Below are positions 1-12,432 of a stretch of DNA of 64,000 nt, one piece after another. The notes beneath the pieces are model-generated. The model did no database searches and was not told the DNA's origin. It worked only from the letters and a program-made list of their open reading frames with translations. The position numbers and the translations under genes were made by a program. The number at the start of each line of letters is the position of its first letter. Positions within the stretch are counted from its first letter, which is position 1. The stretch lies in assembly GCF_000143415.4 (NCBI RefSeq), contig NW_003314282.1, positions 1,321,374 to 1,385,373 of the forward strand. The letters are read 5' to 3'. This stretch comes from Selaginella moellendorffii (Eukaryota > Plantae > Lycopodiophyta).

Positions 1-573
1 TGCAATCTGCCCCAGGTGGTCCAACATATTTGTGGGGCGTGAGGTTGTTATATCCTGGGAAGTCAAATTGTTAATATATGTTGACTGTGGTAATGTAGCT
101 GGTGTAAGGGACGTTATATACCATATTAGCTTGGCACCATGCCTGGAGAACTTGCCACGTCCAATATTCAAGGTGCTCTGTGCGCAAGGAATCCAAGTCC
201 AGCCCAAAGGAGGAAGTCCAGCTTTGAAAGTCATGCCACCATCCTTTTTGACGTGAGTTCGCCATCTCCTGTGATTCCTGGATGGCAGCATCCGCTATTT
301 TCTGACGGTGCAGGAAGTACCCACTACAGACGTATGTGAGGCAGCGTCTCCATGCAAGGATCTCCAGTGGAAGAAACCCAGATCATCCGGTAGCAATTGC
401 CTGGGACAAAGAAAGTTCTTAAATATTAGAGAGCAGCCAAAAGGAAATACAAACCTGTAGTGACACTGCTGATGGATCTGAAAAGCTTCTCAAAGGAACG
501 GGCTTGTTTGTGAAACGGACACAAGAGACTTAGCCAATTCTCACAGAAACTGCAGAAATCAATGAAAACGATG

Positions 574-2936
574 TCAATTCTCCAAAGGGAGAAAGAAAGT
601 CACAGTACCAGAGCCAGGATTAACAACCATAGCTTCAAAAATCTCCTTAAGGCTTTTGACATCGACAGTGGAAGAAAGAGGAGAAGTATCACCACCACCA
701 GGAGGAGAAGAAGCAATCGCTTCCAATACTTCCTCTAGAGTTTTGGCGACTTGAGTCATGGATGGCCTCTGCTTGCCTTTGAGCCTTGTACACTCAAGCG
801 CCAGCTTTAGCACCCGGAACAGTGGCTCGGGTTGCAAAGGCACTGCCAACCTTGGATCCAACACCGAGCTCCACTCGTCACGTCCCACCAGATCGATCAC
901 CCAAGCTACCAGGTTCTGGATCTGTCTCGATAGATCAACCGGCTTACGGCCGGATAGCAACTCGAGAAGAACCACTCCAAAGCTATAGACGTCGCTCTTG
1001 AGCGTGAGCTGCGAAGAGGTCCCATACTCGGGATCCAAGTAGCCGGGAGTTCCAACTATTGTCATGTTGCTCAGGTGCGTTGCATTGTCTTGAGGCCCGC
1101 ACAGCGAGATCCCAAAGTCGGAGATGTGTGCGTTCCAGTCAAAGTCGATGAGAATATTGGCCGACTTTATGTCCCTGTGGATGATGCTGGGCGATGCATA
1201 CTTGTGGAGATACTCGAGGCCCCGGGCAGCCTGTGCCGCAATTCTTATCCGGCTCACCCATTCCAGAGGGCCGGATCTAGAAGTTGGCGATTGGAATATG
1301 TTGTCATGGACAGTTCCTCGAGACATGAACTCGAAGACGAGGACATTCTCTTCTTTGCAGTATCCAAACAAGTTTACCAGGCAAGAGTGGTGAGTTCTAG
1401 CGAGAAGTTCCAGCTCCTTGTCAAACATGGCATCACACCTGTATAAGTTTCCAGTTAGAGCAAGCTTTCGCTATATAAGCTCGAGGATTCAAGTACTTAC
1501 CTCTCGCAAGCCTTGCCTCGCTTGATCGCGACTTGGTAGCCATTCTCAAGCACTCCCTTGTACACCGTCCCGAAAGCACCTCTCCCCAGGATCATCTCCT
1601 CGCTGTAGTTCTTTGTCGCCAACTTGAGTTCTTCTGCGGAGATAGAAACAACTCCATTGCCAAAATGCTCGTTGTTCCTGGTGGACAAGACCCGGAGCTT
1701 GCCCTTCCTTCTCCTGATCCGGCAGAGGTAGCTCCACACAGCTCCCATGAAGATGAGAGCAAGCGAGAGCGTCGCCGAGACATACAAGACCACGACGAAG
1801 ACACTCTTGCCACCCTGCCTCTTGGCGTCGCGGCCACTGCCAATCTTGACGCTGCCACACTGTCGATCGGAGTTCACACCGCACGGAGAAGTCTCTACGT
1901 TGCCCCCGACGCAGATGGAACAATCCAAGCACACCTTGTCGGACAGAGACGGGCACTGCGACGAGGTCTTGTTCATCTGGAACTGGTTCTTGCCGCACTC
2001 GCCCATGCACAAGGCCTGGCTTGCATTCAAGTTGACGATCTCAAACTCGGCCACATTGTTTCCCCAACACAGCAGCTTTGCGGGATCGTCCCGCGTCACC
2101 CCGCAAGTGTGGAAGTTCCCAGCCGAGATGGAGGAAAAGGTGGCGGACTTTGGAGCCTGGAGCTGCCGCAAGTGATCATCCCCCCAGCACATCACCTGGT
2201 GATTGTCCGCTCGAATCCCACACGTATGCGAGAGGCCTCCAGCGAGAGACGAGAACTTCAAGCCAGGAGGAACGAGAGAAGATCGCCCATGATGGTCTTC
2301 GTCCCAGCAAAGAGCATCCATTGTGGAGCTCGTCAGCCCACAAACCGATCGTCCTCCCACGAACACTGACGCGAATCTCTCGTTCTTTGCCTCTTGAATG
2401 CTCTCTGGAACGCCGCCCCAGCAGTGCAGTGCGCCATCTTGAGTGAGACCACAAGAGAAATTCTTTCCCGATGACACCGACAAGAAGTTCTCCCCTGGAG
2501 GGCTGCCGTTGTTTCCCCAGCAGTCGGCTCTACTGTCGCTGCTCCGGATCGCGCAGCAGTGGCTGGAACCGCAGCTTATGCTCGTGTAGCTCACGTTTAG
2601 CAGACGAGCTGGGAGTTGGAGATCGCCCCAGCAAACTGGAAAGCGAGAGCCATACTCTAGGCCGCAAGCAAAGTTGTCTCCACCAGAGATGGCGAAGAGC
2701 TTCTTGTCTTTCAGCTCCACTTCTGCTATGTCCGTGCCCATACAAGTTGGTGTCAAGAGTTCCGATTCTAGAACGCACACAGAGAAAGAACCTGGCTGGA
2801 CGGATGGAGGGCGGGCCGAGATGGAAGCTATGGTGCTCATGGAGCCAAAGCCTGCGGTAGGAAGGACAAAAAGAGATCCCAATGATCCCAGCAAGAGAAT
2901 AGTGATCGCCCATGGAAATTTCTTGCGAGCTAGCAT
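574..2936 (-). CDS. CRINKLY4 (CR4/ACR4)-like receptor kinase, copy 1 (2 exons: 2936-1501, 1438-574)
   Basis: Signal peptide, RCC1-like crinkly repeats (ISGGDNFACG, CWG motifs), TNFR-like Cys region (CLDCSICVGG..ETSPC...SDRQC), TM helix, then GRGAFGTVYKG and VAIK. A GT-AG intron at 1500-1439 joins in frame to FDKELELL, HRDIKSANIL, DFG and GTPGYLDPEY. Confidence 0.92.
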
Positions 2937-3326
2937 GATAATCTACAGAGAAAACGCTCGCGCTCGCATTGGTCGCTCATGGAAGATGGAGTTAAAAAGC
3001 AAAAGAAAAAAGAGAAAGGAAACAAAAGCGTTGCGCATTGCTGAGACCGCCCAAGGTGTGTTTCTTTGTCCTGCGTCGAGGAGGGACGTAGCGGACGATT
3101 GTCGAGTCCAAACGCTTCCACTCTGTGCTGGGAAAATCTAAGAACCATTCCAAGGAACTTTGTTTTGGAACTTGGTTTTGGAACTTGTATCTATTTTTCC
3201 ACATGTGGAAGATAGCTCTTAAGTCGATCGAGCGATACAAACACACCATCTTTCTCTTTTTCTTTCTCCCTACAACGCTTCAAGCTTTTTCTTTGCTCCA
3301 GAGAGAAAAGAAAAGAAGCAAACTAT

Positions 3327-5550
3327 CTAGGAGGAGATGGAAAGAAGAGGAGTTCCAGCCATAGCTTCCACGATTTCCTCGAGCCTCTCCGCGATCAGCG
3401 TCATAGATGGCCTCTGCTTGCTCGCAAACTTGGAGCACTCTAAAGCCAGCTTCACCGCGCGATAGAGCGGCTCTGGTTGCAAAGGCGCTGGCAAGCTCGG
3501 ATCCAGCACCGAGCTCCACTCCCTGCGTTCCACCAGATGCAGCACCCAAGCCACCAGGCTCTGAAACTTTCTCGACGGATCCACCGGCTTCTGGCCGGAG
3601 AGCAGCTCCAGGAGAACCACTCCAAAGCTGTAGACGTCGCCCTTGGCTGTGATCTTGGAGGAGAGGCCATACTCTGGATCCAAGTAGCCTGGCGTGCCGA
3701 CGATTGTCATGTTGCTCAGGTGTGTCGCGCTGCCTTGAGGTCCACACAGTGCCAAGCCAAAGTCGGAGACGTGAGCGTTCCAGTCACGGTCGAGGAGTAT
3801 GTTTGCAGTCTTGACATCCCTGTGAATCATGCTTGGCGACGCATACCTGTGGAGATACTCGAGCCCCCGCGCAGCCTGTGCCGCGATTCTCATACGGCTT
3901 ATCCATTCGCAGCTAGAGATGTTCTCGAGAAGTGTGCCTCTGGCCATGAACTCGAAGACAAGAAGCTTGTCTTCCTGGCAGTAGCCCATGAGGTTTACCA
4001 GGCAAGAGTGGTGAGCTCTCCCAAGGAGCTCCAGTTTCTTGTCAAACATCTCATGCGAGCTGGTAAAAAGAAAACCAAGCTTTTGATAAGTTGTCCATCA
4101 CAAGAAGGAACTTCAAAACTCTAGTAGCTTACCTGGAAGAATTTGCTCGCTTTACAGCAACTTGGTGGCCATTTTGGAGCACTCCCTTGTATACCGTCCC
4201 AAAAGCACCTCTCCCCAAGATCATCTCCTCGCTGTAATTGTTTGTTGCTGCCCGGAGTTCCACTGAAGATAGAGAGATCACTTCCTTCCTAAGCCGCTGC
4301 TTGTTTGAAACAAGTTTCTCTCTGTACTCCTGACAAGCCCAGACTCCTATGAACGTGATTCCAAGCGACAAAGTGACGACCAAAGGCAGCATGATGAAGA
4401 ACAAACCCGTTGGATTTCTCCTCCCTGGGCCATTGAAGCTTGCTGGTAAGTTGTTTTTGCCGATTATCATGCCACACTTTCGATCAGAGTCCGCTCCGCA
4501 TGGAGAAATCTCAAAGTCGCCACCGACGCATGCCGAGCACTCCAAGCACACCTTGTCAGACAAAGACGGGCACTGCTGCGGAGAGGAGGTCCTGTTTACC
4601 CGATACTGGTTTTTCCCACACTCGTTCGTGCACACCGCCTGGCTAGCATGCAAGTCGATCTCCCGGTACTGGACGGCGTTGTTTCCCCAGCAAAGAAGCC
4701 TTGCATTCGCATCCCGGGTGACCCCGCAAGTGTAGATGTCTCCAGCCGAAATGGCCGAAAAGGTGGCGTCCCTGGGAACTTGGAGCTGCTGAGCCTTGTT
4801 CAAACCCCAGCAAACCACCTGGTGATTGTCCGATCGTATCCCACACATGTGGTGATATCCTCCTGCTAATCTAGAGAACTTGTAGCCAGCGGGAACCACG
4901 AAAGCCGACGAGTCCTGCCCCCAGCAAAGTGTTTCCCCTGTGGAGCTCGTCACCCCGCAGATCGTATAGCCTCCCACGAACACCGACGTAAAAATCTCGT
5001 TTTTGGGCTGTGGAACTTGATCCGGCACGTATCCCCAGCACAGAACTTCTCCATCTTGCGTCACCCCGCAAGAAAAATCCACCCCGGAAGACACAGATAC
5101 CAGGCTTTCGTCCTCCAAAAGGGCAATCGCTAGCTCCTCTCCCCAGCAGTCCACTCTACTGTCATTGCTCCGGATGGCGCAGCAGTGATTTGCACCGGAG
5201 CTCAAACTCGTGTAGCTAACGTTTTGGAGAAGAGCTGGGACCTGGAGCTTACCCCAGCACAGTGGAAAGCGAGAGCCATAGTCAAGTCCACAGGTAAACC
5301 GAGCTCCACCAGAGATGGCGAAGAACTTCTTCTCTGGAGGAGGCATCTGCGTGACATGCGTCTCGTCGATACAGATGGGTGTCAGGACTTGGGCTTGCAA
5401 GACACATATCGGGAAGGAGCCACTTGGATCGTGGAATGGAAGGCCCCTTGTTTCCATAGAACTGATCGTGTTCATGTAGCCAAAGCCTGTCGTGGAAGCC
5501 ACAAGTAAAAACCCGATCATGGCAAACGATAAGTTTTTGGGAGCTAGCAT
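3327..5550 (-). CDS. CRINKLY4-like receptor kinase, copy 2 (tandem paralogue; exons 5550-4133, 4059-3327)
   Basis: Same architecture and same intron position (4132-4060) as copy 1. Motifs GRGAFGTVYKG, VAVK, HRDVKTANIL, SDFG, GTPGYLDPEY. The alphaC segment reads FDKKLELL. Confidence 0.92.
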
Positions 5551-5780
5551 GGTTTAAGGATGGAAATCAGAGGAGAATGGAGGATGGCCAGATGGAGCAA
5601 GAGAGTTGCCTGGGAAAGGAAGTGAATGGCGAGAATCACTTACCAGGCGCTGTTGCGATCTGTCCTCCATCGCAAAAAAGGCTGCGGCGATTTGTCCCGA
5701 GCCATCCCAAGCATCGGGCGTGGAGAATCGCCGAATGGCGAGCGCTGGAGCGGCCACGGCAGCGGCGGATAAATCCTAAG

Positions 5781-5821
5781 AACCCTAAACCCTAGAACAT
5801 AGTGTGGCGCCAAAATTCAAA
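5781..5821. promoter_or_regulatory. Bidirectional promoter core: telo-boxes plus E2F-like site with adjacent TTCAAA
   Basis: AACCCTAAACCCTA at 5781-5794 and GGCGCCAAAATTCAAA at 5806-5821 (reverse strand contains TTTGGCGC). Lies in the 331-bp gap between the divergent starts at 5550 and 5882. Confidence 0.5.
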
Positions 5822-5881
5822 ATCGAGGCAATTCAAACTAGGTCGCGTGTTCGAGCCTGGCCAACAGCGGTAGGGTTTTTC

Positions 5882-6800
5882 ATGGCGGGCACGGATGAAT
5901 CGCTCGACAGCCTCCTCGACAGTGAGTGCCGCAGATGGAATTCCTGGTTCTCTGATCGCGATCGTGATTCCAGGTGCTCTGGACGATCTAACGAGGGATT
6001 TGGCAGCGAGCTCAATGACAAGGTAAGGAGAGGGCCAGTTCCGATTGAATCTGGATATTCCAGGCAGAGTGAAGAGGCGCCGGTCACTCCGAGCGAGAAT
6101 CCAGCGGGTCTGGGGAAGGGATTGCCGTCATTGCAACAATCCAAGAAGAAATCCATGGCGAAGGCGGCACCACCGGCCGATCCATTGGCCGCGACGCTAG
6201 AGAAACTCGCTGAGACGACGAAGAACACGGTCAATAGCATCGATTCACAGCCGGACGAAGGCCTTTTGGAAAGTCTGCTAGGAAGACAGGTATCTCTCAT
6301 TTCCTTCTTTGTTCTTGAGCTAAAGGAATGTTTTTTTTTCTCTTCCAGGACTTGGAATCCTTGGTGGGGAATTTTATGCAGCAAATCCTTTCCAAGGAAA
6401 TCCTCCACGAGCCAATGAAGGAGATTGGCGAGAGATATCCTTCTTGGCTAGAAGCCAACAAATCCAAGCTCAGCAAGGAAGATCACGACCGATTTTCCAA
6501 GCAGCACCAACTTATCCTGGAACTTTGCCGAGTCTACGACACCACTCCAGGCGATTTCGACAAGATCACGGAGCTCATGCAGAGCATGCAGGGCTGCGGA
6601 CAGCCGCCAGCTGAGATTGTCGCGGAGCTTGCTCCTGGATTGCAACTCGGCGAAGATGGATTGCCACAGTAAGTATATAGCGAGAGCTAAAGTTTTCTTT
6701 TCTCTTCTTCGTTTGCCCTTTTGATGAACTTTCTTCGTCCAGGCTGCCTATTCTCCCTGGAGAACAAGGAGGCGAGAATGCAAACTGTAGCGTAATGTAG
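5882..6800 (+). CDS. PEX19: Peroxisome biogenesis protein 19 (5 exons; introns 5922-5973, 6023-6063, 6290-6348, 6669-6742)
   Basis: N-terminal LDSLLDSALDDL, core MQQILSKEILHEPMKEIGERYPSWL...MQGCGQPPAEIV, and a spliced C-terminus ENANCSVM* with a CaaX farnesylation motif. Confidence 0.95.
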
Positions 6801-7041
6801 ATGGGATGCGACGTACCACCACGCTGAGGCCGTTGCAAGGTACACTTTTTAAAACGTTTTTCTGGTAATAAGAGCAGCCATTTCCTTCTTTGTCTGCTTT
6901 CCTTCCGCTACTAAGCTCAACCGGAAAACAAGAAGAGAACAGCATGCAAAGATGATGGTACGTATGAGCGCGAGCGTTAAGGCCTTTGTTTTTTTATATA
7001 AGCACATACCTCTCTCGGTGGAGTTTTACCGTGACTCAGCG

Positions 7042-7854
7042 ATGAGTGTTGCTAATCTGCTGGTCGCTCTAGTTTTTTTGCCAGCAGTTTCATCTCAGTG
7101 GCATTTTCCTTGGCACCATCGCCTCCCGGGACGCAATCCATGGCCGGTTCCTGTTCGCCGAGATCCAGACTTGCAGTTCTTGAGGCTGTCGGGACGAGTG
7201 AGTTGCAAGCGTTGCTTCTCGTTGGCTGCGCAGGGAGTTCCAGGTATCTGTTTCTTCCACTTCTTTCGTGCTGTTTCCATTCTAACTGTGAGAGACATGT
7301 TTGATGAAGGCATCCGCGTGACAGTGTCGTGCGGCTCCGCCTCGGCCGAGAGCGAGACCAGCTTCTTTGGAAATTTCTGGATCGACGTTACTTTCAACCG
7401 GAGGAGATCCAAGAAATGCAAGCTTGGAGTAGACAGCGACTCCCTGCCAGAGTCCTGCCGCCCGGAGTCCGCCGTGGAGGAGATCGACGTCTCGGGGCTC
7501 CGTCAAGGCTTCGATTTCTATCGCTGCAGCAGCTTTAACTTCGAGTCCCACTGCAACCATGGTCATCCACACTTGCCAAAACCACAGCCTCCTCGCTTTG
7601 TTCCACCACCCTTTTCATCGTTATCACCGCCGCCACCCGTCCCATCACCACCACCACCACCATCTCCCCCACCACCATCTCCGCCACCACCGCCACCACC
7701 ATCTCCGCCACCACCATCACCATCGCCACCTCCACCACCGCCACCACCACCACCACTACCGCTACCGCTACCACCACTTCACCCACTTCCACCGAGAACC
7801 ATCGTACCACCACCATCACCGCCGCCGCCGCCACCGCCACCACCACCCTGCTGA
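7042..7854 (+). CDS. Pollen Ole e 1/PAC-domain extensin-like proline-rich cell-wall protein (intron 7244-7309)
   Basis: Signal peptide, LSGRVSCKRC, phase-1 intron, GIRVTVSC...ETSFFGNF, then SP3-7 extensin-type repeats. Confidence 0.85.
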   Translation: MSVANLLVALVFLPAVSSQWHFPWHHRLPGRNPWPVPVRRDPDLQFLRLSGRVSCKRCFSLAAQGVPGICFFHFFRAVSILTVRDMFDEGIRVTVSCGSASAESETSFFGNFWIDVTFNRRRSKKCKLGVDSDSLPESCRPESAVEEIDVSGLRQGFDFYRCSSFNFESHCNHGHPHLPKPQPPRFVPPPFSSLSPPPPVPSPPPPPSPPPPSPPPPPPPSPPPPSPSPPPPPPPPPPLPLPLPPLHPLPPRTIVPPPSPPPPPPPPPPC

Positions 7855-8140
7855 TCTAACTAGTTTCCTTCTCGGTCTAGATAACCTTCCACTGTAACTC
7901 TTTTGACGTTCCAAATCTAGTCTACAATCCTGGAACACAGGAAACTATTAGAAGAGAGGGAGAGATTTCTCTTGTTACCAACCTTTGCATGCCAAGAGAA
8001 TGGATTCATCGCGAGGACAGCACGCGCTATTGCGCTCTACGCACAAACGAATAAACAAAAACGTTAGAAACCTTGAGTCACGAAGTATAAAGGATGAGAG
8101 CATACCTTAGATGTGTGTCCAAGTGACTCCGACTTTAACC

Positions 8141-9189
8141 ATGAGGCTATCTCTCGCCTCTTGGCTGCTGCTCACTCTCTTCTTCGCTCTAGCGAGCACG
8201 CAAGCCTCGGAGCTATGGAGAGATTCTCGAGCTCTTCACCACCACCACCACCACGAGCAGCATCACTCCACCACGAGCTTCGCCGCAAGCGTCCTCTGCT
8301 TCGACTGCTTCCGATCGATCAAAGGCATCGCAGGTACGTACGCTTTCGCTTTCCAGCTTTGTAAGAACACTCCTGACTTCTCCCGGCAGGTGTTCGCCTC
8401 GTTTTATCCTGCGGTGACGACTTTGAGATCAATGAAAAAACCGATACAAATGGATCTTACCACTTCAGCCTCCGTCAGCCGAGCGTCACAAAGTGCAAGG
8501 TCCGAGTCGACAAGTCCTCCTTGCCAAAATCGTGCTCGAAAGCTCTTCCCCGCTATCCCTCCTTGAAGACCCTCAACATCAGACACCCGTCAACACTCCG
8601 GTTCGCCTTCTATCCCAGTTCCTGTGACATCGACCGTCCCACTGTTCACCATCATCGACACCATCACCATCACCGTCGTCATAAACAACCCCGTCACCTT
8701 CCTTACAATCCACCACCCCACCGCAAAAATTTACCACCACCACCACCACCAGTGCACTCACCGCCGCCACCAGCCAAGCGGCTCATAATTCGACCGCCGC
8801 CGCCAGCGACACCACAAGCTCTTCCGGATCCTCCACCACCCGTCCAAGCTCCCCATTCTCCAGCACCCATGGAACTTCCTCATTCCCCGTCACCTCATGA
8901 CTTCCATTTTCCCGAATACTTCCATTCTCCACGGACTCTAGAAGCTGTTACTCATCCTGTAGAAGCTCCACGCTCTCCAGCATCGGTTGAATTTCCTGGT
9001 TCTGAAGATGGACATCTGGTTGCGCGTGTGCCTTCCCTGGCCCCTTCGCCATCGACACCAAGTCCAGTTCTCCAAGCTCCTCCACCGCCTGTAGCCGGAA
9101 CACCGCCGCCACCTGTAAGGCGGGCACTACCTCCTCCTCCAGGACGCGGCAACATTTGCAGCACGGACGATACACGAGCCCATGCCTGA
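8141..9189 (+). CDS. Pollen Ole e 1/PAC-domain His/Pro-rich cell-wall protein (intron 8334-8389)
   Basis: Signal peptide, His run, SVLCFDC, spliced GVRLVLSCGDDFEINEKTDTNGSYHF...KCKV...LPKSC, then His-rich and Pro-rich tail. Confidence 0.85.
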
Positions 9190-9285
9190 GTAGAGCACAG
9201 AAAAGCTCTCGTAGAAAATCCTGAAAGATAAAGAAGAATCCTTATACTCCTGTCTGTTCCAAAGAAATTTGAAGAGCTCACCGAG

Positions 9286-10324
9286 CTAGTCGAGTCTATT
9301 CTCCAAGTCATCGTCCTCGGCTCTTGGAACTTTTATTTCCAAGAGCTTGTCAACTACACAACGGCAAATCGGGCACCGCTGCGTTTGGAATCGCAAAATC
9401 CTGGCGCATTCGGAACACATACACTGCACCATCCAACAGAGTTAGACAAGAAAAAAAGGCTCAAAGAAAAGATTTACCATGTGCCTGCAAGGTAGCAACG
9501 CGGTGTCTCGACGGTTTGTGAGACAAATGACGCATTCCCTGCCTGCGTGTTTGTCAGGATGTCCGTCACCGGTGTTTCCAACACCATATATCTCCTGAAG
9601 CTCGTAGCGTGTTCCTTCAACCCAGATGATCTGCTTCAACACTCGAACTCCATATTGACCGCTAGCCTTCCGTTCCAAAAGAACGTACGTTGTCTGTGCG
9701 TGTATACTCCGCGGCAGAGGGCCACCGACTGGTAACGAGGCATCGCTCGACTGCTCCTTTGGCATCGACTCCAGTCTGACAACCAAAGAGAAAACTTCAT
9801 CTTTCCCGTCCTTGGATAAGTCGTCAGCCTCAAAGAGAGAGAGATTGACACCTGATCCTGGAAGCTGACAAAACCTCTGTCCCAGTCCCTTGTCAAAGGT
9901 GACACGCTGAGGCCGAAACAAATGCGGCTTCAGAGGAACAAGGCTAAAGTTCGGGCCGGGGCCAGCGAGAAACAGGATCGAAGCGCTGCACATAACAAAT
10001 GTTGCTGGAGGTGAGAAAGAAACGAAGTGCTTACCTCCCAGGAACGGCTGCATCGAATAAAAACGACACCAAGTGCTTCCCCGCGTTCTCTTTATCCTCC
10101 TCCAGCCGCAGAGTTCCCCTCTTCAAGTTCACATCGTTTCGGATAGTGATGGCCTTTTGATGAACTTGCGGAGGCACCATAACAACACCCAGTCCATGCT
10201 CGGACAGCCTCATCAAGTACTGTCCACTTCTGTATCCCTGCTGGTAGAAGAATGGGAAACGAAACTCCGGGCTCCGACGCCTTTGCACCTGACTAGTTCC
10301 GGACGTGCTCGGACCATTTCCCAT
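9286..10324 (-). CDS. LOG2/LUL (MGRN1-like) RING-HC E3 ubiquitin ligase (exons 10324-10035, 9985-9478, 9423-9286)
   Basis: MGN N-myristoylation start, DAR2-type motifs [18 protein letters not shown] and [20 protein letters not shown], and RING ECVICL...LPCRHMCMCSECA...RCPICR. Confidence 0.93.
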
Positions 10325-10612
10325 GGCCTCCGTGACAACCACGAACGAGCAAAGAGCCGCAATGCATACCCTAGAGCGGCTGACGTGTATCGCACTTTTC
10401 GACATGAACCGTCGATATCCAACGGAACTCTTCCGGTTCCCGGGACCGTGAAAACAGTTTGTTGTAGTTGGGGGGAACCTAACGCGTCCTTTCACCTGCA
10501 TGCGAAAGTTATGGCGTCAGGACAATGCCAAGCACGCAAATACTATTAGATTGAAATGGCTGCCGCTATAAGAAACATACCTCGAGAGAAAAAAAAACCG
10601 GGAGCGTTGACA

Positions 10613-11925
10613 ATGGCCAGCATTCGCCTCGTCGTCGCATTTCTCTGCCTCTTGCAAGCTGCGTCGGTAGCGCTGAGTCGAGAAGAGCTCGTCTACGTCA
10701 GGGGCAGCGTCGAGTGCAAGACCTGCTCTTCCTCCGAGGAGCCGACTCCGCTCTCAGGTACTTGAAACTTTTCCCGAGCTCTGGAAAACTCTTCGCTGAT
10801 TTTGTATCCCCATACCAGATGTAACCTTGAGGCTCTCGTGCGATGGAGACACCTATTACCAGAACTCCCACTACCGAGGGCGGTATGTTTTCGACGTCTA
10901 CGCGAGGAAGAAGATGAAGTGCAGGGTGTCCGTGCTGACTTCCACCCTCCCATACTCTTGTAGTCGAGCGAAAACTAGTCTCCACCGGGACGTAGAAATC
11001 AGTGCCATCAGCGGGACGACTTTCGTTGTCAAAAGGTTCGTCTTCGGCCCTCCCGCTTGCGTCACCCATTCGAGCAAGAGCTCTCACCACCACCCTGCTC
11101 ATTCTCACCACCACCACGGGCACCACCACTGGTACCACCATCCACCGCCTCCGCATCACCACGCTCCTCAATCTCCTCCTCCTCCTCCTCCTCATCATCA
11201 TCATCACCACCAGCACCACCAGCACCACCACCGCTACCGTTTTGATCACCCCAGCAAAGGCTTCTATCCTCCCTCCAAAGGTTCTCACCACCATTCCCCG
11301 AGGAGTAGCTCTCCTGGAAGCCACGACCAGCATCCGGCTCCTCCTGGTCACAGACACGGACACGGCCGCGGTCATCAGCAGCACCTAGCACCACCGCCTA
11401 GCAAAGTACCGGCACCTTCATTCCAAGCGCCAGCTCCATCTCCACCCAGCTTCCAACCTCGACAGTTGCCCCCAGGTATGACTTCTTTCACCTCTTTCGA
11501 GCTGACACGATGTTGCGGGTGCAGCGCCAACCGCGACTGCTCTTCCACCGCCGCACGGACAAGTTCTTTCGCCGCCACCTGAGAAGCCCATTGTTGAGGC
11601 GAACGTTTGGCCGCCACCCGGTGCTAAAGCTCCGATTTCCTCGACTTTCATCCGGCAGGTCACTGCGCCACCACCTCAGCCGGAAGAAAGGGTTGGAACT
11701 CCAACGCTGTCGCCTCCGCCCGTGAAGAGTGCTGAAACTCCAGCTTCGCCACCTCTTCCAGAACAGCTTCTCCTTTCTCCACCACTTCCATCGGCTGTTC
11801 TTCCTCCAAAATCATCCGAGGCAGCGCTTTCGCCAGCGTCCGATTCCACTCCACCAAAGGACATTCTGCTGGTTCCTCCCGAAGGCTCAGTCTCGGTTGT
11901 CCGACCACCGTCCTTCATTCCTTGA
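10613..11925 (+). CDS. Pollen Ole e 1/PAC-domain His-rich, Pro-rich/AGP-like protein (introns 10758-10818, 11476-11524)
   Basis: Signal peptide, VYVRGSVECKTC, phase-1 intron, DVTLRLSCDG, six Cys, a long His-rich tract, and an AP/SP/TP-rich last exon. Confidence 0.85.
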
Positions 11926-12432
11926 TTCTTCAGTACGACTCGATACTCTTCTACGTAGAAACAAAAATAAACACAAGAAAGAATAAATGCTCGAGAACAC
12001 GAACGAAAGCAAGAAAATTTCTGGAAGGAAGAATGCGAATGAGAAGAACTACTACTAGAATCTCTAGAAAAATATTCAAGAGAAAGAATTTGCGAAGAAA
12101 CACGAATTTGGAGCAAGAATTCTGCAAGAAAATCACATAAAAGCCAGATTTCCTGATCTAGAATGCAAGATCCGGCGAGGATCGAGCAGAGAATCGTAGG
12201 CGACGTACCTGGCGCCTCGCTCGCGTCCCAAAACCCTAGAAAAAGCCCTAATGCGCTCTTACACCCAATAAGGAAAGGACAAAGAAGGAAGAAAAAAATG
12301 CCGAGCTATGGCAATGCAAAGATGGTGGCAGCGCGAGAGCGATGCTTGCACGGCTATCGATTCGTGGCGAATTAAAAACACTGCCAAATCTTGAGCGGGG
12401 AAGGAGGAACAAAGAAAAAAAAAGAGCAAAGA

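Noticed and set aside
1-540. Short ORFs at the window start
   Set aside because: No recognisable domain. More likely spliced 3' UTR of kinase copy 1 or the edge of a neighbouring locus.
1533-4124. Long antisense ORFs over the kinase genes (also over PEPC, the glucanase and the PAC genes)
   Set aside because: Shadow frames of GC-rich or repetitive coding sequence with no domain signatures.
7559-7897. His-rich alternative-frame ORF
   Set aside because: Frame-shifted reading of CCA/CCG proline codons of the extensin-like gene, with no signal peptide.
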